From Phoronis australis (taxonomy: Eukaryota; Animalia; Phoronida), in NCBI GenBank assembly GCA_002633005.1, contig NMRA01000647.1, positions 164,761-228,760 on the forward strand: 64,000 bases of DNA, written 5' to 3'. Positions within the stretch are counted from its first letter, which is position 1; each line of letters starts with the position of its first letter. Shown piece by piece: positions 52,801 to 64,000 of the stretch. The position numbers were made by a program, and so were the translations under genes. Under the pieces are notes generated by a model. That model ran no database searches and was not told the origin of the DNA. It saw nothing but the letters and a program-made list of their open reading frames with translations.

Positions 52801-54304
52801 TTTTCTTACTGAAAAATACCCTCATTGTAACGATTGGTCTGAGCTTATTCACACGCATTGTCTTACACATGAGTTTGTTCGACTCATCCTTTCCCGCCAC
52901 TTGCGACTACACGTGTATGGTACCGGGATTTTTCTAAGATAAGTCCACCCACCCGATGAAATGCCCATGGAGGCTATTCGTTAAATTATGCTACAGAATA
53001 CACGCCCATGGATGTTTATTTGGTGTTACAACTTGTGATGCCAAGTGTCCAAGCAGTGGGGGCGTTTATTTGGAAATTTTCCTCTTAAAAGCACACTCAG
53101 TTTCAACTTTTTGTCACAAAATCAGTTTTGTGGAACATTTATCATTTATAAACACTAACAGGCTGTTGGCGAACTATGCATTTATTAACAAAGCATTCAA
53201 AAATGTAGTAAAAATTTCAACGTCAGCAAAACTATGAACTTCCGTTTACACGCCCCTTTTCCGAATAAACGCCTGGACGTTTATTTGGTATTGCTAAAAC
53301 GCCTGAAAATTGTCATTTTCTGAATACAAGCCCATGGGCTTATCTACGGAAATTCCGGTATGATTTACGCGAAGATACAATTTCCGCCTTGTATTTATTC
53401 TCATTTAAACATCTGTGGAAAAAGTTGGTTATTACTCCAGATTAAGTGTAGTGAGTTGGCCTATGCATCACTTTAGAAGGTCTTAAAATTGACGGAACCG
53501 ATTCTAATTGTAGTTAAGGTAGACCTAAAGCATGACAAAGTCCCGATGTAATCCGGTAGCATGTTTTGTATTTTTAGCTAAGGTGTGTTTCAAACTATAC
53601 TTGTGTGTAAGTACGGATCATGTCACAATCTAGAAAAATACACAGTACTTTGGTTGCCGGAATATCTCAGCGTTACAACGAAAAATTTTAAGTTTCTTTG
53701 ACTCCGATCGCTGAGTGTAGACCGTACGTAACTTTCATGTGCGGCGCAGCACTGAAATAAGTGGGGGCTATGGCCCCCCAACCCCCTATGGTGCGCCGCC
53801 TATGTGACCATGGCCGGCGCAGCAGTGAAATAAGTGGGGGCTATGGCCCCCAAATCCCCTATGGTGCGCCGCCCATATTATGTCGTAATTTATCACTGTG
53901 CAATTCCGTGAGCATACTGATACAATTGAGTATAATGTGTACGGTATGGCATAAACTCATGGGAAATTTTATCGCTTGTTTATAAGGTGGTGGATGGAAA
54001 ACTCTTCACTGGTTCGCACGATGGTACCTTGCGTGTATGGGATATCACGGGGCTCAAAGATGACGTCACCTTCGGCCAGGATGAAAAGAAGTCGACGGAT
54101 AAGAAAGTTGCGCAAAAAAAGGAGATCGAGAAACTCAGCGGTAATGATGAGGTTCTTAAACAGAAAACTAAAATAATGATCGAAGACGAATACATGGGAA
54201 ACGGGAAGCAGCACACAAATGGGAGTATTGAAAATGGCGTCCTGAACAGCTACAACGGAAATGGCGTCAGTAACGGTACCAAGACGCCGCAAGATGTCGT
54301 GTAG
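40864..54304 (+). CDS. WDR86: WD repeat-containing protein 86, 440 aa per isoform, with alternative third exon
   Basis: Exons 40864..41628, 50029..50164, [51540..51643 or 52096..52199] and 53987..54304. DHVGGINC..LATGSEDST, FSSSYDRTAR, TGSGD...FDAKSG and LFTGSHDGTLRVWD follow the WDR86 repeat series as I recall it. Start MGLCGSK in strong context (aagATGg). Confidence 0.92.
42201..43119 (+). mobile_element. Decayed THAP-containing (Kolobok-like) transposon remnant in WDR86 intron 1
   Basis: MKRTCACGGCSKS...SVFKF...QKWHRFV...(stop)...ICS..RFKESCF is a degenerate THAP. A convergent acidic ORF at 42751..42945 resembles a KolX start. Ends at TTAA 43116..43119; left end not found. Confidence 0.55.
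51540..51643 (+). CDS. WDR86: WDR86 alternative exon 3a (104 nt)
   Basis: ttcttgcag acceptor, gttaaa donor; encodes (V)ITGSGDCLVRAFDAKSGSVQRTFKGHDSGVNCLQ, phase 1 to phase 0. Confidence 0.85.
52096..52199 (+). CDS. WDR86: WDR86 alternative exon 3b (104 nt)
   Basis: Long pyrimidine tract plus aatcag acceptor, gtatac donor; encodes (V)FTGSGDATCRCFDAKSGSLKRIFKGHELAVNAVQ, phase 1 to phase 0. Not in the supplied ORF track. Confidence 0.85.
52921..53360. mobile_element. Tc1/mariner-pogo-type MITE in WDR86 intron
   Basis: taccgggatttttctaagataagtcca / tgggcttatctacggaaattccggta inverted termini with TA at both ends. Confidence 0.65.
53737..53876. repeat. Two tandem ~70-bp miniature MITE-like units
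   Basis: cggcgcagca.tgaaataagtgggggctatggccccca..cccctatggtgcgccgcc occurs twice; related sequence near 22440. Confidence 0.8.
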
Positions 54305-56288
54305 GTACAACTTAGTATCCTGACTGCTAAGATATATATCTGTGATATGAGAGTGCTTTTATTGGTTGACGTACACTGTACTGTATTTTGTATGATAGAC
54401 TGCAAATTAGACTGTGGAAATTTTGGAAGCTGGACAATCAGTGAATAAAATGGTTGTGCCTCAAGATGGTAATTGAGTTTGCTAAGCAAGCAAGCCAATG
54501 CCAATATGAACAGAGACTCTGACATGTATACATGTAGCGGTGGAAACAATTTCCTCGCACAGTAATGTGTGTGTTAGCAGAGCTTTCCTGAAGAATATAC
54601 CATGGGCTTATTCAAATAAGTTTTGCAACAGTTCTATAAGCTCGTGAAAACTTTCTAACATTTGTAAGAAACACGGAAATAGTTTCACTTAGTTGCATTA
54701 AATCGTACAGGACTGAAATGGCCGACGTGTTTGTGGATCACGTGATTGATATGATGTACTGCTGTTGGCCAAGTCGAAAATTTTACGTTAATCTTTTCAC
54801 TGACAAAAATCACTTTGTGCACAGATTTATTAAAAGTGTGCAGTGCCGTCTTAGTAGTCGTTGGCTGTCCGTCCATACATAACGTGATATTTACATTAAA
54901 AATCATTAAAAATGCGTTAATTGTCAAATTGTCTTCGCCTTTAGTTGGTTTGTTGGCAAAGATAAACTAATTACGTTTCCTAACCGTTGTGATGAATTCG
55001 TATGCAGAAATGCAAGAAGTCGTTTTCGTTTTAGATGTTGTCATTTGAAATCTGTTACTTTGTAAGAATATTGATGAGAGGAGAGAATTTAATACAACTT
55101 TGCTACTAACTTATTGCTGCTCATTCGTTTTATTAAAACTTGTATCTTTATGCGGACCGCCTGGTGTTACTATGCACTTGTATCTTTTCTTTCAATAAAG
55201 GAAGTCTGATATTATTGATATAATTGTGTACTTCAAAAACTCGTCAATGGGCAGACATGAATACATGGGCTACGTTCCATAGAAATAAGACACCAGCTTC
55301 TAATTGTAACGAAAAATCTTCATCTTGGGAACGATAACAATGAACTCTTTCCACCAATCATTTGGGGCCGGCTGTGGTGGCGGGGGGGGGGGGGAATNNN
55401 GTATTTTGGTTAAATCAATATGCTCCAATTATCCTAGATAGAATTCCTTGGGTTCTAATTAATTATCAATACGACACTCAGGAAGTGACGTTAGCGGCCT
55501 TATCCATTGCCAGTCAGTTTAATTTGTTCGTGCGGCTCATTTTGGACGTGTTCGTTACATACAATTTTCTAAGAAATGCCGTAGTAATTTCACTTCTACG
55601 AACATTCTCCATTATGGATTATTAGATATTGAATTACGTAATCTGACGCCAAGAAATGTTTGCCGCACACCCGAAAATTTCGCACTGCTTCAGCCGTGGC
55701 ATTCCACGAAGAAGGCGAGCCAACTCCGACGGATCTTTGTCATCCTCTGGAAATCGGTTAAACGCGGGACCACCAGTGCTCTTCGGAAGCTCTTGGTGCT
55801 TGCCATCCCGTATCCAGTCGCAGCAAATTCCAGATGGACTATTGAAAAAGAATCAGAGAAAGGGAAACAGCGGCGTAACTTGTATCAAGCTGACGTACAC
55901 TGACAATACCGTATCCGATGTAAAACACAGCTCGATTCGAAGTACATGTATGTGTGGAAATTGGCAAAAATGATTCGGGTCGAGAAAGTCGACTTCCGCT
56001 GTGACGCACGCATACTTTAAATAGAAGTTCCGAAGGGAAACTTGTGCGTATAGGCAGTAAAATCAGCTGGCTTGTCGATCTCAGTCTTTGACCGTGGCTT
56101 CCGATGTTCAGTAATATGGAAAGAAGATTGGTTTTGCAATTCCTTGACGTTTTGAGGTTCCAATACTTATTATTACTGCGCGAAAAACTTTTAGTGTCCA
56201 AAACCGATAATCGTTAGTTTGTCAGGTCGGTGTCAGCGTACGACAAGGAGTAACCAAAAACAAGTCCTGGGAGTAGAGTCTGTTAGAC

Positions 56289-57122
56289 CATAGGCGGATT
56301 TACGGGGGGAGGGGCAGGGGGCTGCCGCAAAAAATAAAACAGCAAGAGCGTAGGAAAATGTTAAGTTTATTAATTAACCCCGGTAATTAACATTATACGG
56401 CTGAAACAATATTTAAATTTGTGCAGTTTCAGTGTGTTTAGGGGGGGCTCAGATCCAATTTCAAGTGTCAAATTCGGAACACGGCGCAATCGTAACGGAA
56501 CTATGGCTAAGTACACTGTATAGGCTCTCCCGCGATATCTCAGACGACCGGCAGTGGCGCTCCGCACTACGACTCCGTTTCCGTCGTCTGCTACACTGCG
56601 CAATGAAGAAAATTACTTCATTTTTAAAGAAAATGGAATCTGAGTGACGATGAAAAACAGAAGATGTGAATTTCAATCGAAACCTTAGTGAGTCACTCAG
56701 AAACTCGTAATTCTCTTTGTCAAATCTTAACTTAAGACGATTTCCAAAGCAATCGCGTCATTAATGCCAACACAAAAAACGGATTTGGTCTTTTGGGCAG
56801 CTGAAGACTATTTTAAATACAACAAAATTTGTTACGAACTGATTGCACTAAATATAAAAAGTGTAATAAATGTTACAAAAAGAAGTTAGTTTAGCGCGCA
56901 AACGCTGTGAATCTTAAACAAGTAGGTATCTTTGAATCAATGTGTGTCGTAGAAAATGCTTTATTTCAGAGGAAAAAACAGAAACATTTTCCTGGCGGGA
57001 GGGGGTCTAACCCCCTCCCGACCTCCCCCCATTCGGTGCTATGCGCATCTACAATCGTGCTTTGTGGAAATGTTTACAGACAAAATGTTGCTCCCCCTTG
57101 TGATATCCTAGATCCGCCACTG
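56289..57122. mobile_element. Non-autonomous DNA element, CAGxGGCGGAT family
   Basis: cataggcggattta / tagatccgccactg termini; perfect TAGAC target-site duplication (56284..56288, 57123..57127). Confidence 0.8.
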
Positions 57123-57454
57123 TAGACGGAAACTAATCGAATTCAAACGGCAATGTAATGAGGTGTGGGTAAATTTTTGGGACACTATACATGGCAGTTC
57201 TAACACGAGTCACAGAAATTAGCCGCGGCTTAGTCTTTTGAAAAATTCGCATTCAAAGCAAAAATTACAATTTCCAAAAAATATGGCGGTCATGCGATTA
57301 CCAATGACGGTTTTAAGAATCAAGACCATTCAGTCATCGTGGATTAAAAGCGCAGTTAATGATGAAATTAAAAATGAAGGGTTATCCTTATATACTTCAT
57401 TCCCAAAGTACAATTGCATGTAATGGAGAGGACCAACAATCAGAGAAAATTCCA

Positions 57455-58256
57455 TCATCTTACAAATTGTCTTAACAACACTAAGAAATAATTTGAAACA
57501 AAACCAATTAGCAAAATCTTGGTGTCGCAACGGTACCATTTTGCACAATTTCTAGATTTGGCCTCTTCGACTGGTAAAGAATTATAAGAGTCGCTGTTTT
57601 TGTTATTGCAAAGAGGTTTGTCACATGAGCAAAAAAGGGCGGCCGGTACAAGTAGACCTTTCACAATCTCTCTTTCTTCTTCTTGGAAACACTTTGGAGC
57701 TGGGAGCAGGCGGTTCTTGTACGATAATAGACCACAGCTTCTCAATTTGATCACACCTAAAACAATTTCGAATTAGACCAGCATGTTATGTACATGTTCG
57801 GCCGCCGTTATACGCCAAATACTTGACTTAAGAACTGTAGCACTTCTGAAGTCGAAGTCTAAAAACCACCAGTGCCCACAACTGACGTCAGGTATACTGC
57901 AAGTAAGACCATCATTGGGGTTATGTGAAGATATGGCGAATATCAGCAACTTTCCCAAACATGCTCATTATAAAAAAATTAAAGCAATTGATAACCATTA
58001 ATCTGATGAGGAATCATAAACTACGGCGTCCTCACCCTTTTGCTTAATGACCATGCAGTAACCTGACGAACAGCTGGCTACGACATCTTGTGATCTCTCA
58101 TTAGGATCCCAGTAAGAGCAGTTGGAGAAGCAGACGAAACACTCGATGCCAACTGAAAACAACATACATTCGGTTTCACTAATTTTTCAAAAAACAGCCA
58201 CTCGTGAGCTCACTGATAATTAAGGGAAAGCCAATGGCACTTGCCACTTTGCCCAT
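57455..58256 (-). CDS. Ly6/uPAR three-finger (quiver/sleepless-like) protein with hydrophobic C-terminal tail; first exon uncertain
   Basis: Exons 58036..58152 and 57455..57756 join in phase 1 to give GIECFVCFSNC...SCSSGYC...RSC...KC...FCSCDKPLCN, the 10-cysteine LU pattern ending in LCN. Candidate first exon 58214..58256 (MGKVASAIGFPLII). Confidence 0.78.
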
Positions 58257-58366
58257 TACTTGGCGCCAGCGGATTGCAGCCCAAAACGCTATAATACAGT
58301 TTCTTCTGCATTGTAATGACAAACTACTCATATGTATTAAAGAATATGGGATTGTGACTTATACAT

Positions 58367-58617
58367 CATGCGCGCACCCAGCCTTTAATATGGGGGGCTC
58401 GAATTTCCCACGATGTGGACAAAAGTAGACGAAGGACTAAAAAAATAAGAAAAACGGGGTACCACGTCCACAGCTGCAAATTGTGCGTATGCGCCTATTT
58501 AGTGGACTTTTTGTCTCTTTTTGTCGGACTTTTTGTTTCTCTGAGGCGGACCTTTTTGTCCACTTGGCCAAATGGGGAATGAGCCCCGAGCGCCCCCCCC
58601 CCCTGGGCGCGCGCATG
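58367..58617. mobile_element. MITE, CATGCGCGCACCCA family
   Basis: catgcgcgcacccag / ctgggcgcgcgcatg TIRs; homologous to 1274..1522. Confidence 0.8.
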
Positions 58618-58823
58618 CACATGACAAGAGCTTGCAGTGTGTACAAATACCTTTGGATGAGAGTGACGCTGTGCCATTTCAGGACACAAAAGACAATAAC
58701 ACATGCACACCATAAGATTACTCGTTAGACAACTCTGACACTAAACATATTAGCACCCAAGTGGACAAGAAAGCCTGCACTGTTCACCCCCAGAGAATCC
58801 AGCGAATTCTTGGGCACATCAGA

Positions 58824-59057
58824 CAGTGGCAGATCTACGATTTCAGTAAGGGGGGTTAGGATTCGAAAGAATCCGAGGCGCGTAGCGCCGAGGAGAAGGA
58901 AGGTCGCGAGAGGGTTTCCCTCCTCCCGTGTAAGATTTTTTGGGAGTTTTAGTAGCTAATTTCGTTTTTCTGGCGATATTTTTTCCAGTTTTTATTTTTG
59001 ATCCTGTCCCGAGGGGGGGTCTAAACCCCCTGAACCCCCCCTGTAGATCCGCCTCTG
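58824..59057. mobile_element. MITE, CAGxGGCGGAT family
   Basis: cagtggcagatctac / gtagatccgcctctg termini; flanks catcaga/catcaaa. Confidence 0.75.
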
Positions 59058-59306
59058 CATCAAAAGCTTGATGGTGTCGTCACAAATTGAAATCAGCAAG
59101 GCAGACTTTGTGTTGGATGAGACGACTGCGGTCGTAAACTAAGGTGCCTGTTAAGCGTACCCAAAAAAATAGAAAAAGTAAGGCAAAAGACCGACATGAT
59201 TGTTTTTTAAAATTGAAAAGTAAATCCGAACAGCGACTTCGAATTTTTAAAATCGATCTTGCGGTTTTCTTCAGCAGCGAGGCCTCGAGTAGACCACGCG
59301 CATTAA

Positions 59307-59851
59307 AGGCGAAGGCAACCTTTTTTCATGTCATTTTGTGCTAAAATAAGGTTTGTTGGTTATCCTAGACATATTTTCCACTTAATTACAGCTTTTCGTA
59401 ATTTTGTTAATTACTCGTCCGCTACTCCGGAAGTGACGTTTTAGGAGGCAATCATTTCGCGCCAATTTCTTTTCATTTAGTCTGACTGTGAGAGCTGCCG
59501 ACTCAGTCATTGTTCTACCTCGGTTGTGTTAAGTTCCATCGTCGTTTGCTTTCATTTACTAGTCAGTCAACATGCCACGCTGTTGCTGCGTACCGGGATG
59601 TATTAATTATCGTCTCACGCGCGCTTTGGGAGTACCTTTGCATCGCTTTCCGAGGGATGACACTTCGCCGTACTTGGCTCGTTCGTGTGAAGAACGCAGC
59701 GTTACCCGTCCACGCAACGTACAAAGCAGTCGAGAATTACCGTGTGTGTGGCAAACACTTCTGCCGTCCGATTACGAAAAGGGTTTGTACGCTGAACTGA
59801 TGAAGGTCCCTGCGAAACAACGCCTGAAGCAGGATGCCATTCCGTCTGTGT
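59307..59851 (+). mobile_element. Kolobok transposon left end with THAP domain (truncated at an N)
   Basis: TTAA then aggcgaaggcaacc.. TIR; MPRCCCVPGC...LHRFP...VCGKHF THAP with frameshifts; near-identical to 60322..60866. Confidence 0.85.
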
Positions 59852-59914
59852 NCTAGGATTTGTGTAAATTGAGCAATAGATTTTAGAAATGAAATATGTG
59901 TGATGTTTTTACAG

Positions 59915-60154
59915 GCCATCAAGATTGTAAGAACGATAGTTGGGGATATTCCTACAACGGAACAATCAATATAACCATATCAGGCATACCATGTCAGCGG
60001 TGGGATATGCAACTCCCACACACACACGACAGTTTCGAAGGAGTACATGAAAACTTCTGCCGAAATGTGGGGACAATCAATGCACAATCTCCATGGTGCT
60101 ACACAACAAATTCCTCCGTCAGGTGGCAATACTGTCCGGTTCCGTTATGCTCGG
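59915..60154 (+). CDS. Isolated kringle-domain exon (240 nt, phase 1-1); host gene not identified
   Basis: tttttacag acceptor, gtaagc donor. DCKN...YNGTINITISGIPCQRWD...ENFCRN...PWCYTT...RWQYCPVPLC has all six kringle cysteines and no stops. Confidence 0.85.
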
Positions 60155-60321
60155 GTAAGCACACGGTTTTCAATACAGGTGAAATTTCTACACGCCAGAA
60201 TATTCCTCAGATATAGAAATCTAACTGACTTACGTCCACATATCCGCCTCTACGTGAAACTTCGTCTATATACAGAATAGGAAATGCACGTTACATGGGA
60301 TGTTACTTGATCATCTCTTAA

Positions 60322-62832
60322 AGCCGAAGGCAACCTTTTTCCATGTCATTTTGAGCTAAAATAAGGTTGGTTGGTTATCCTAGACCTATTTTCCACTTAA
60401 TTACAGCTTTTCGTAATTTTGTTAATTACTCGTCCGCTACTCCGGAAGTGACGTTTTAGGAGGCAAGCATTTCGCGCCAATTTCTTTTCATATAGTCTGA
60501 CTGTGAGAGCTGCCGACTCAGTCATTGTTCTACCTCGGTTGTGTTAAGTTCCGTCGTCGTTTGCTTTCATTTACTAGTCAGTCAACATGCCACACTGTTG
60601 CTGCGTACCGGGATGTACTAATTATCGTCTCACGCGCTTTGGGAGTACCTTTGCATCGCTTTCTGATGGATGACACACTTCGCCATACTTGGCTCGTTCG
60701 TGTGAAGAGCGCAGCGTTAACCGTCCACGCAACGTACAAAGCAGTCGAGAATTACCGTGTGTGTGGCAAACACTTTCTGCCGTCCGATTACAAAGGAATT
60801 TGTACGCTGAACTGATGAAGGTCCCTTCGAAACAACGCTTGAAGCAGGATGCCATTCCGTCTGTGTAGATTCCCGGCAGTGCCCCGTCGCCACCCCCAAG
60901 ATGTGCGTAGTTGAAGCGAGAAGCCTCGCGAGCTGTGGCCAGTACAGCGACTGGAGCCAGTGGAGGCACTTCATCTACTGTCACCCGTGCCTCCGAACGT
61001 ACTCCAGAGCGTGCCATTCCTGGAACCAGTAGTGATTCGCCCTGTGCTGTTTTCTCCAGCCCAGAGCCCTCTAAGCAGCCCTGTAGCGGTATTGAATAGT
61101 GGGAGTGATTACAGGCCCAGTTCGACACCCAGTGAAGAGGACAGTTCGTCGTCCAGTGAACAGATCGGTGAGCCAAACTTTGATAAGTTTATTGTGGACT
61201 TGTCTAAAGTGTTGGAGCTATATAGAAGGTGCCAGGTGTGTGGCGAGGGAGTCACACGACACGATGTAAGCAGTTTGGGTGCTCAGGTCACCATCCAGTG
61301 GGAGTGTGTCGCGGGACACTCTGGTAAGTGGGACAGTTGTTCCTCTGTCCGTGGTACGCCGGAGGTCCACTTAACCCTGTCCGGTAGTGGCTTGGCCTCG
61401 TCGAACTCTGAACAGCACAAGCATTCCATTGAGGTAGGCATAACAACGCAAACAGTGCATTTGCACCAAGATGTGTCACCACGTCTGTCCTCAGTAGCAG
61501 CCTCGTTTCTCTCAACAGCTGCCTGTGCCTGTGCTTACTCTGCCTCGTTATACTCGGGCTCAAACATATACCCACCCACTGAATGTCCGTGAAAAAATTC
61601 CTCGTCACCACTGCTGTGAACAAGGTCTCGGTCACTCACACTACTGTCACTGTGATACGGGTCACCGAGTCCAGCCATTTTCAGCTTACAACACTCTNTC
61701 CGTCTGTGTTGATTCCCGGCAGTGCCCCGTCGCCACCCCCGAGAAGTGCGTTTTTGAAGCGAGAAGCCTCGCGACCTGTGGCCAGTACAGCGACTGGAGC
61801 CAGTGGAGGCACTTCATCTACTGTCACCCGTGCCTCCGAACGTACCCCAGAGCGTGCAATTCCTGGAACCAGGAGTGATTCGCCCTGTGCTGTTTTCTCC
61901 AGCCCAGAGCCTCTAAGCAGCCCTGCAGCGATATTGAGTAGTGGGAGTGATTACAGGCCCAGTTCGACACCCAGTGAAGAGGACAGTTCGTCGTTCAGTG
62001 AACAGACCGGTGAGCCAAACTTTGATAAGTTTATTGTGGACTTGTCTATTTAGAAGGCGCCAGGTGTGTGGCGACGGAATCACACGGCACGATGTAAGCA
62101 GTTTGGGTGCTCAGGTCACCATCCAGTGGGAGTGTGTCGCGGGACACTCTGGCAAGTGGGACAGTTGTTCCTCTGTCCGTGGTATGCCGGAGGTCCACTT
62201 AACCATGTCCAGTAGTGGCTTGGCCTCGTCGAACTCTGAACAGCACAAGCATTGTAGGCATAACAATGCACACAGTGCATTTCCACCAAGATGTGTCACC
62301 ACGTCTGTCCTCAGTAGCCGCCTCGTTTCTCTCAACAGCTGCCTGTGCCTGTGCGTACTCTGCTCGTTATACTCGGGTTCAAACATGTACCCACCAACTG
62401 AATGTCCGTGAAAAAATTCCTCGTCACCACTGCTGTGAACAAGGTCTCCGTCACTCACACTACTGTCACTGTGATACGGGTCACCGAGTCTAGCCATTTT
62501 CAGCTTTCAACACTGTAAACAATCCCTAAATCCAACGTAGTTGAGTTCTCTACTAACCTATCTTGCCGCAGAATACTCGCCGATAGAAAGTGGTGGCGAC
62601 AATTGTTGAAAAACAGCACAAAACAAAAGTAGAATAGAACAGATTCGCACGGTAAAGTCAACGCAAAACCAAGTGGCGGGAAACGCTTNGCCTCCTAAAA
62701 CGTCACTTCCGGAGTAGCGAACGAGTAATTAATACAATTACGAAACGCTGTAATTACGTGGAAAATACGTCTAGGATAACTAACCAACCTTATTTTAGCT
62801 CAAAATGACATGAAAAAAGGTTGCCTTCGCCT
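60322..62832 (+). mobile_element. Internally deleted Kolobok DNA transposon (THAP/transposase N-terminus on +, KolX P2X7-like N-terminus on -)
   Basis: TTAA on both sides (60318..60321, 62833..62836); ~145-bp TIRs; THAP and CQVC...C..GH motif on +. On the minus strand, GYMFEPE...WCKCTVCVVMPTSMECLCCSE (61400..61570). Internal ~830-bp duplication joined at an N (61698). Confidence 0.88.
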
Positions 62833-64000
62833 TTAATTTGTGAACGGAAATAAAAATTTAGTAACAGCAAGAGTTCCGTTTATTTTGCGAAATCAGTGCA
62901 TTTGCCACCCTCAACAGCCAGCAAACATCAAACGCACTTAAATTAGTAATACACTCATGCACAGGAAGTAATCAGACTGAAGTCGGAATTGTTCGCAATG
63001 GGGCAAGATCGGACCACGAAACATGGCGCTACCAGTGACAGTGTATGCGATCGTCTGCATTCCTCGTTATCAGGAATTGAAGTGAATGGTGCTTATTCAC
63101 GGAAAAAATTGATGTGCGTAATTTTCCGAGAATTGAGAACGGCACGACCCCTTCTCTTTTTACATTAGTCAACGATTTGTCTTCAGTTTTAGAGACCTCA
63201 GATTTCGTTTGGCGACCTAGGATTTTCGTCAAGTCCCCACATATGTGACTTATTGGCGTTAGCTAGGTGCCGAGCTCTGTAATCAGTTGATCTTATCAGT
63301 AACCGAAAGTGCGCCATTTTGGAGGACAAACAATCACTTGGTGCTGGTCAAGGATAGCGAGTCGAGTTAGCGAGCACGTACGACCACTGTTGGCATTTAT
63401 CGGAGGTATTCAAAAATAGTCAATAGTATACAGTGCACATTAAAACGCTCTGCATGATTTCTGTTGACGAAGATGCATGTGGCCGGAAGGTTGCTATGCA
63501 ACCAAATCGATGAGTTAGCACCGGGCACATTCTGCGGCCTCAAAACTTCTTAAATAAAAATCCTGAGTAGAATTACAGAGTAGGCCTATTGTTCGGTTAC
63601 TTATGACAAAGTTATGTCTACGCAACGTCGACGTCAAGAACTGTATTGCATCTAGATCAACATGGTTCTTATGAGAACATTCCCGGTTATCAGAAAGTAA
63701 AGACTAAAGTCTTATTATCTAGATTTATATGTACAATTACCTTACCAACGCGCCCGAAGGAGAATGTTGCCAAGAAGATAACTAAACATTGCAAAACTGC
63801 GTCTTTCATTATGTCATTGCCAGTTGAGGAGCTCTTTACGCCTGCGAGATTGACATTCACTAGAGTTCAGCACGTGCCACGTGCTTTTTTATGTCACTGC
63901 CAGTAGAGGAATTCTTTATGCCTTTTAAACAGTACACACCATGGATTTTTGCACATTTTGAATTACCGGTGGCCACAGACTAAATGTATGACGTAAAATT

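Noticed and set aside
60858-62512. ~830-bp tandem duplication inside the Kolobok element as a biological event
   Set aside because: The junction coincides with an N (61698) and the copies differ like alleles or separate family members; likely an assembly join.

Overview
Eukaryotic (animal) genomic DNA from a draft assembly with N gaps; gene and repeat content suggest a marine invertebrate. By reading splice sites I reconstructed seven intron-containing genes: CLN8 (-), two tandem paralogs of an uncharacterised TspO-like multi-pass membrane protein (-), a C7orf57/DUF5524 homolog (-) head-to-head with METTL21A (+), WDR86 (+), and a Ly6/three-finger (quiver-like) gene (-). There is also a lone intact kringle exon (+). 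Mobile DNA includes LINE fragments, a DIRS-type tyrosine recombinase fragment, Kolobok DNA transposons (THAP plus P2X7-like KolX), a Penelope-like hammerhead remnant and many MITEs. The main findings are: (1) a pair of homologous 104-nt, same-phase exons in WDR86 that look mutually exclusive; (2) a phase 1-1 kringle exon enclosed by Kolobok ends; (3) many TACATGTA/TAGGCCTA motifs that behave like transposon excision footprints; (4) an L1-like fragment flanked by ~370-bp direct repeats. All gene models are manual and unconfirmed by transcripts. Several duplications border N characters and may be haplotype artefacts.
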